The translations under genes were made by a program, and so were the position numbers. This document shows, one piece after another, positions 63,073 to 64,000 of a stretch of 64,000 bases of DNA (positions are counted from its first letter, which is position 1; the number at the start of each line of letters is the position of its first letter). The DNA lies in NCBI GenBank assembly GCA_949451605.1, contig CASTSB010000006.1, positions 15,592-79,591 of the forward strand. Direction: 5' to 3'. Under the pieces are notes generated by a model. The model was not told the origin of the DNA and did not search any database. It saw only the letters and a list, made by a program, of their open reading frames with translations. This DNA comes from an uncultured Bacilli bacterium (GTDB taxonomy: Bacteria > Bacillota_I > Bacilli_A > RF39 > UBA660).

Positions 63073-64000
<928 letters not shown>

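Overview
Very AT-rich chromosomal segment, almost all + strand, standard genetic code (TGA is used as a stop). It comes from a reduced-genome Bacilli/Firmicutes bacterium; by inference it resembles gut RF39/UBA660-type lineages. The backbone is housekeeping: divIB(end)-ftsA-ftsZ, pyrH, rplU-prp-rpmA-obgE, yebC, ruvAB, queA/tgt, pilC-pilD-dnaB, ppaC-DUF368-uppP, pgm, helD, a two-component system, spoVB-like, mtaB, recD2, parEC, ylbDEF-rsmD, hrcA-grpE-dnaK(start). The main finding is nine related exported-protein genes, each sitting alone between housekeeping genes. Four are large BspA-type LRR proteins. Five belong to a ~230-aa family, and two of those are pseudogenes absent or only partly present in the ORF track. 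All nine share a TasA/CalY-like signal-peptide junction (consensus G[YFL]A|xF[SN]SxLNI), and all but the most decayed copy retain a TasA-like P[GR]Q/LP..Y..N.G core. By inference this is a dispersed, diversifying donor-strand fibre repertoire, with shaft-like subunits and LRR-bearing subunits. Other points of interest: a lectin-bearing class III pilin, a tandem Gre-domain protein, an orphan HPt-REC fusion near the vacant spo0B slot, sporulation genes with sigmaE/sigmaG-like promoters, a G-tract promoter with a DnaA box, and tandem CIRCE sites. No rRNA, tRNA, CRISPR array or intact IS was recognised. Family assignments come from motif recognition by eye, not database searches.
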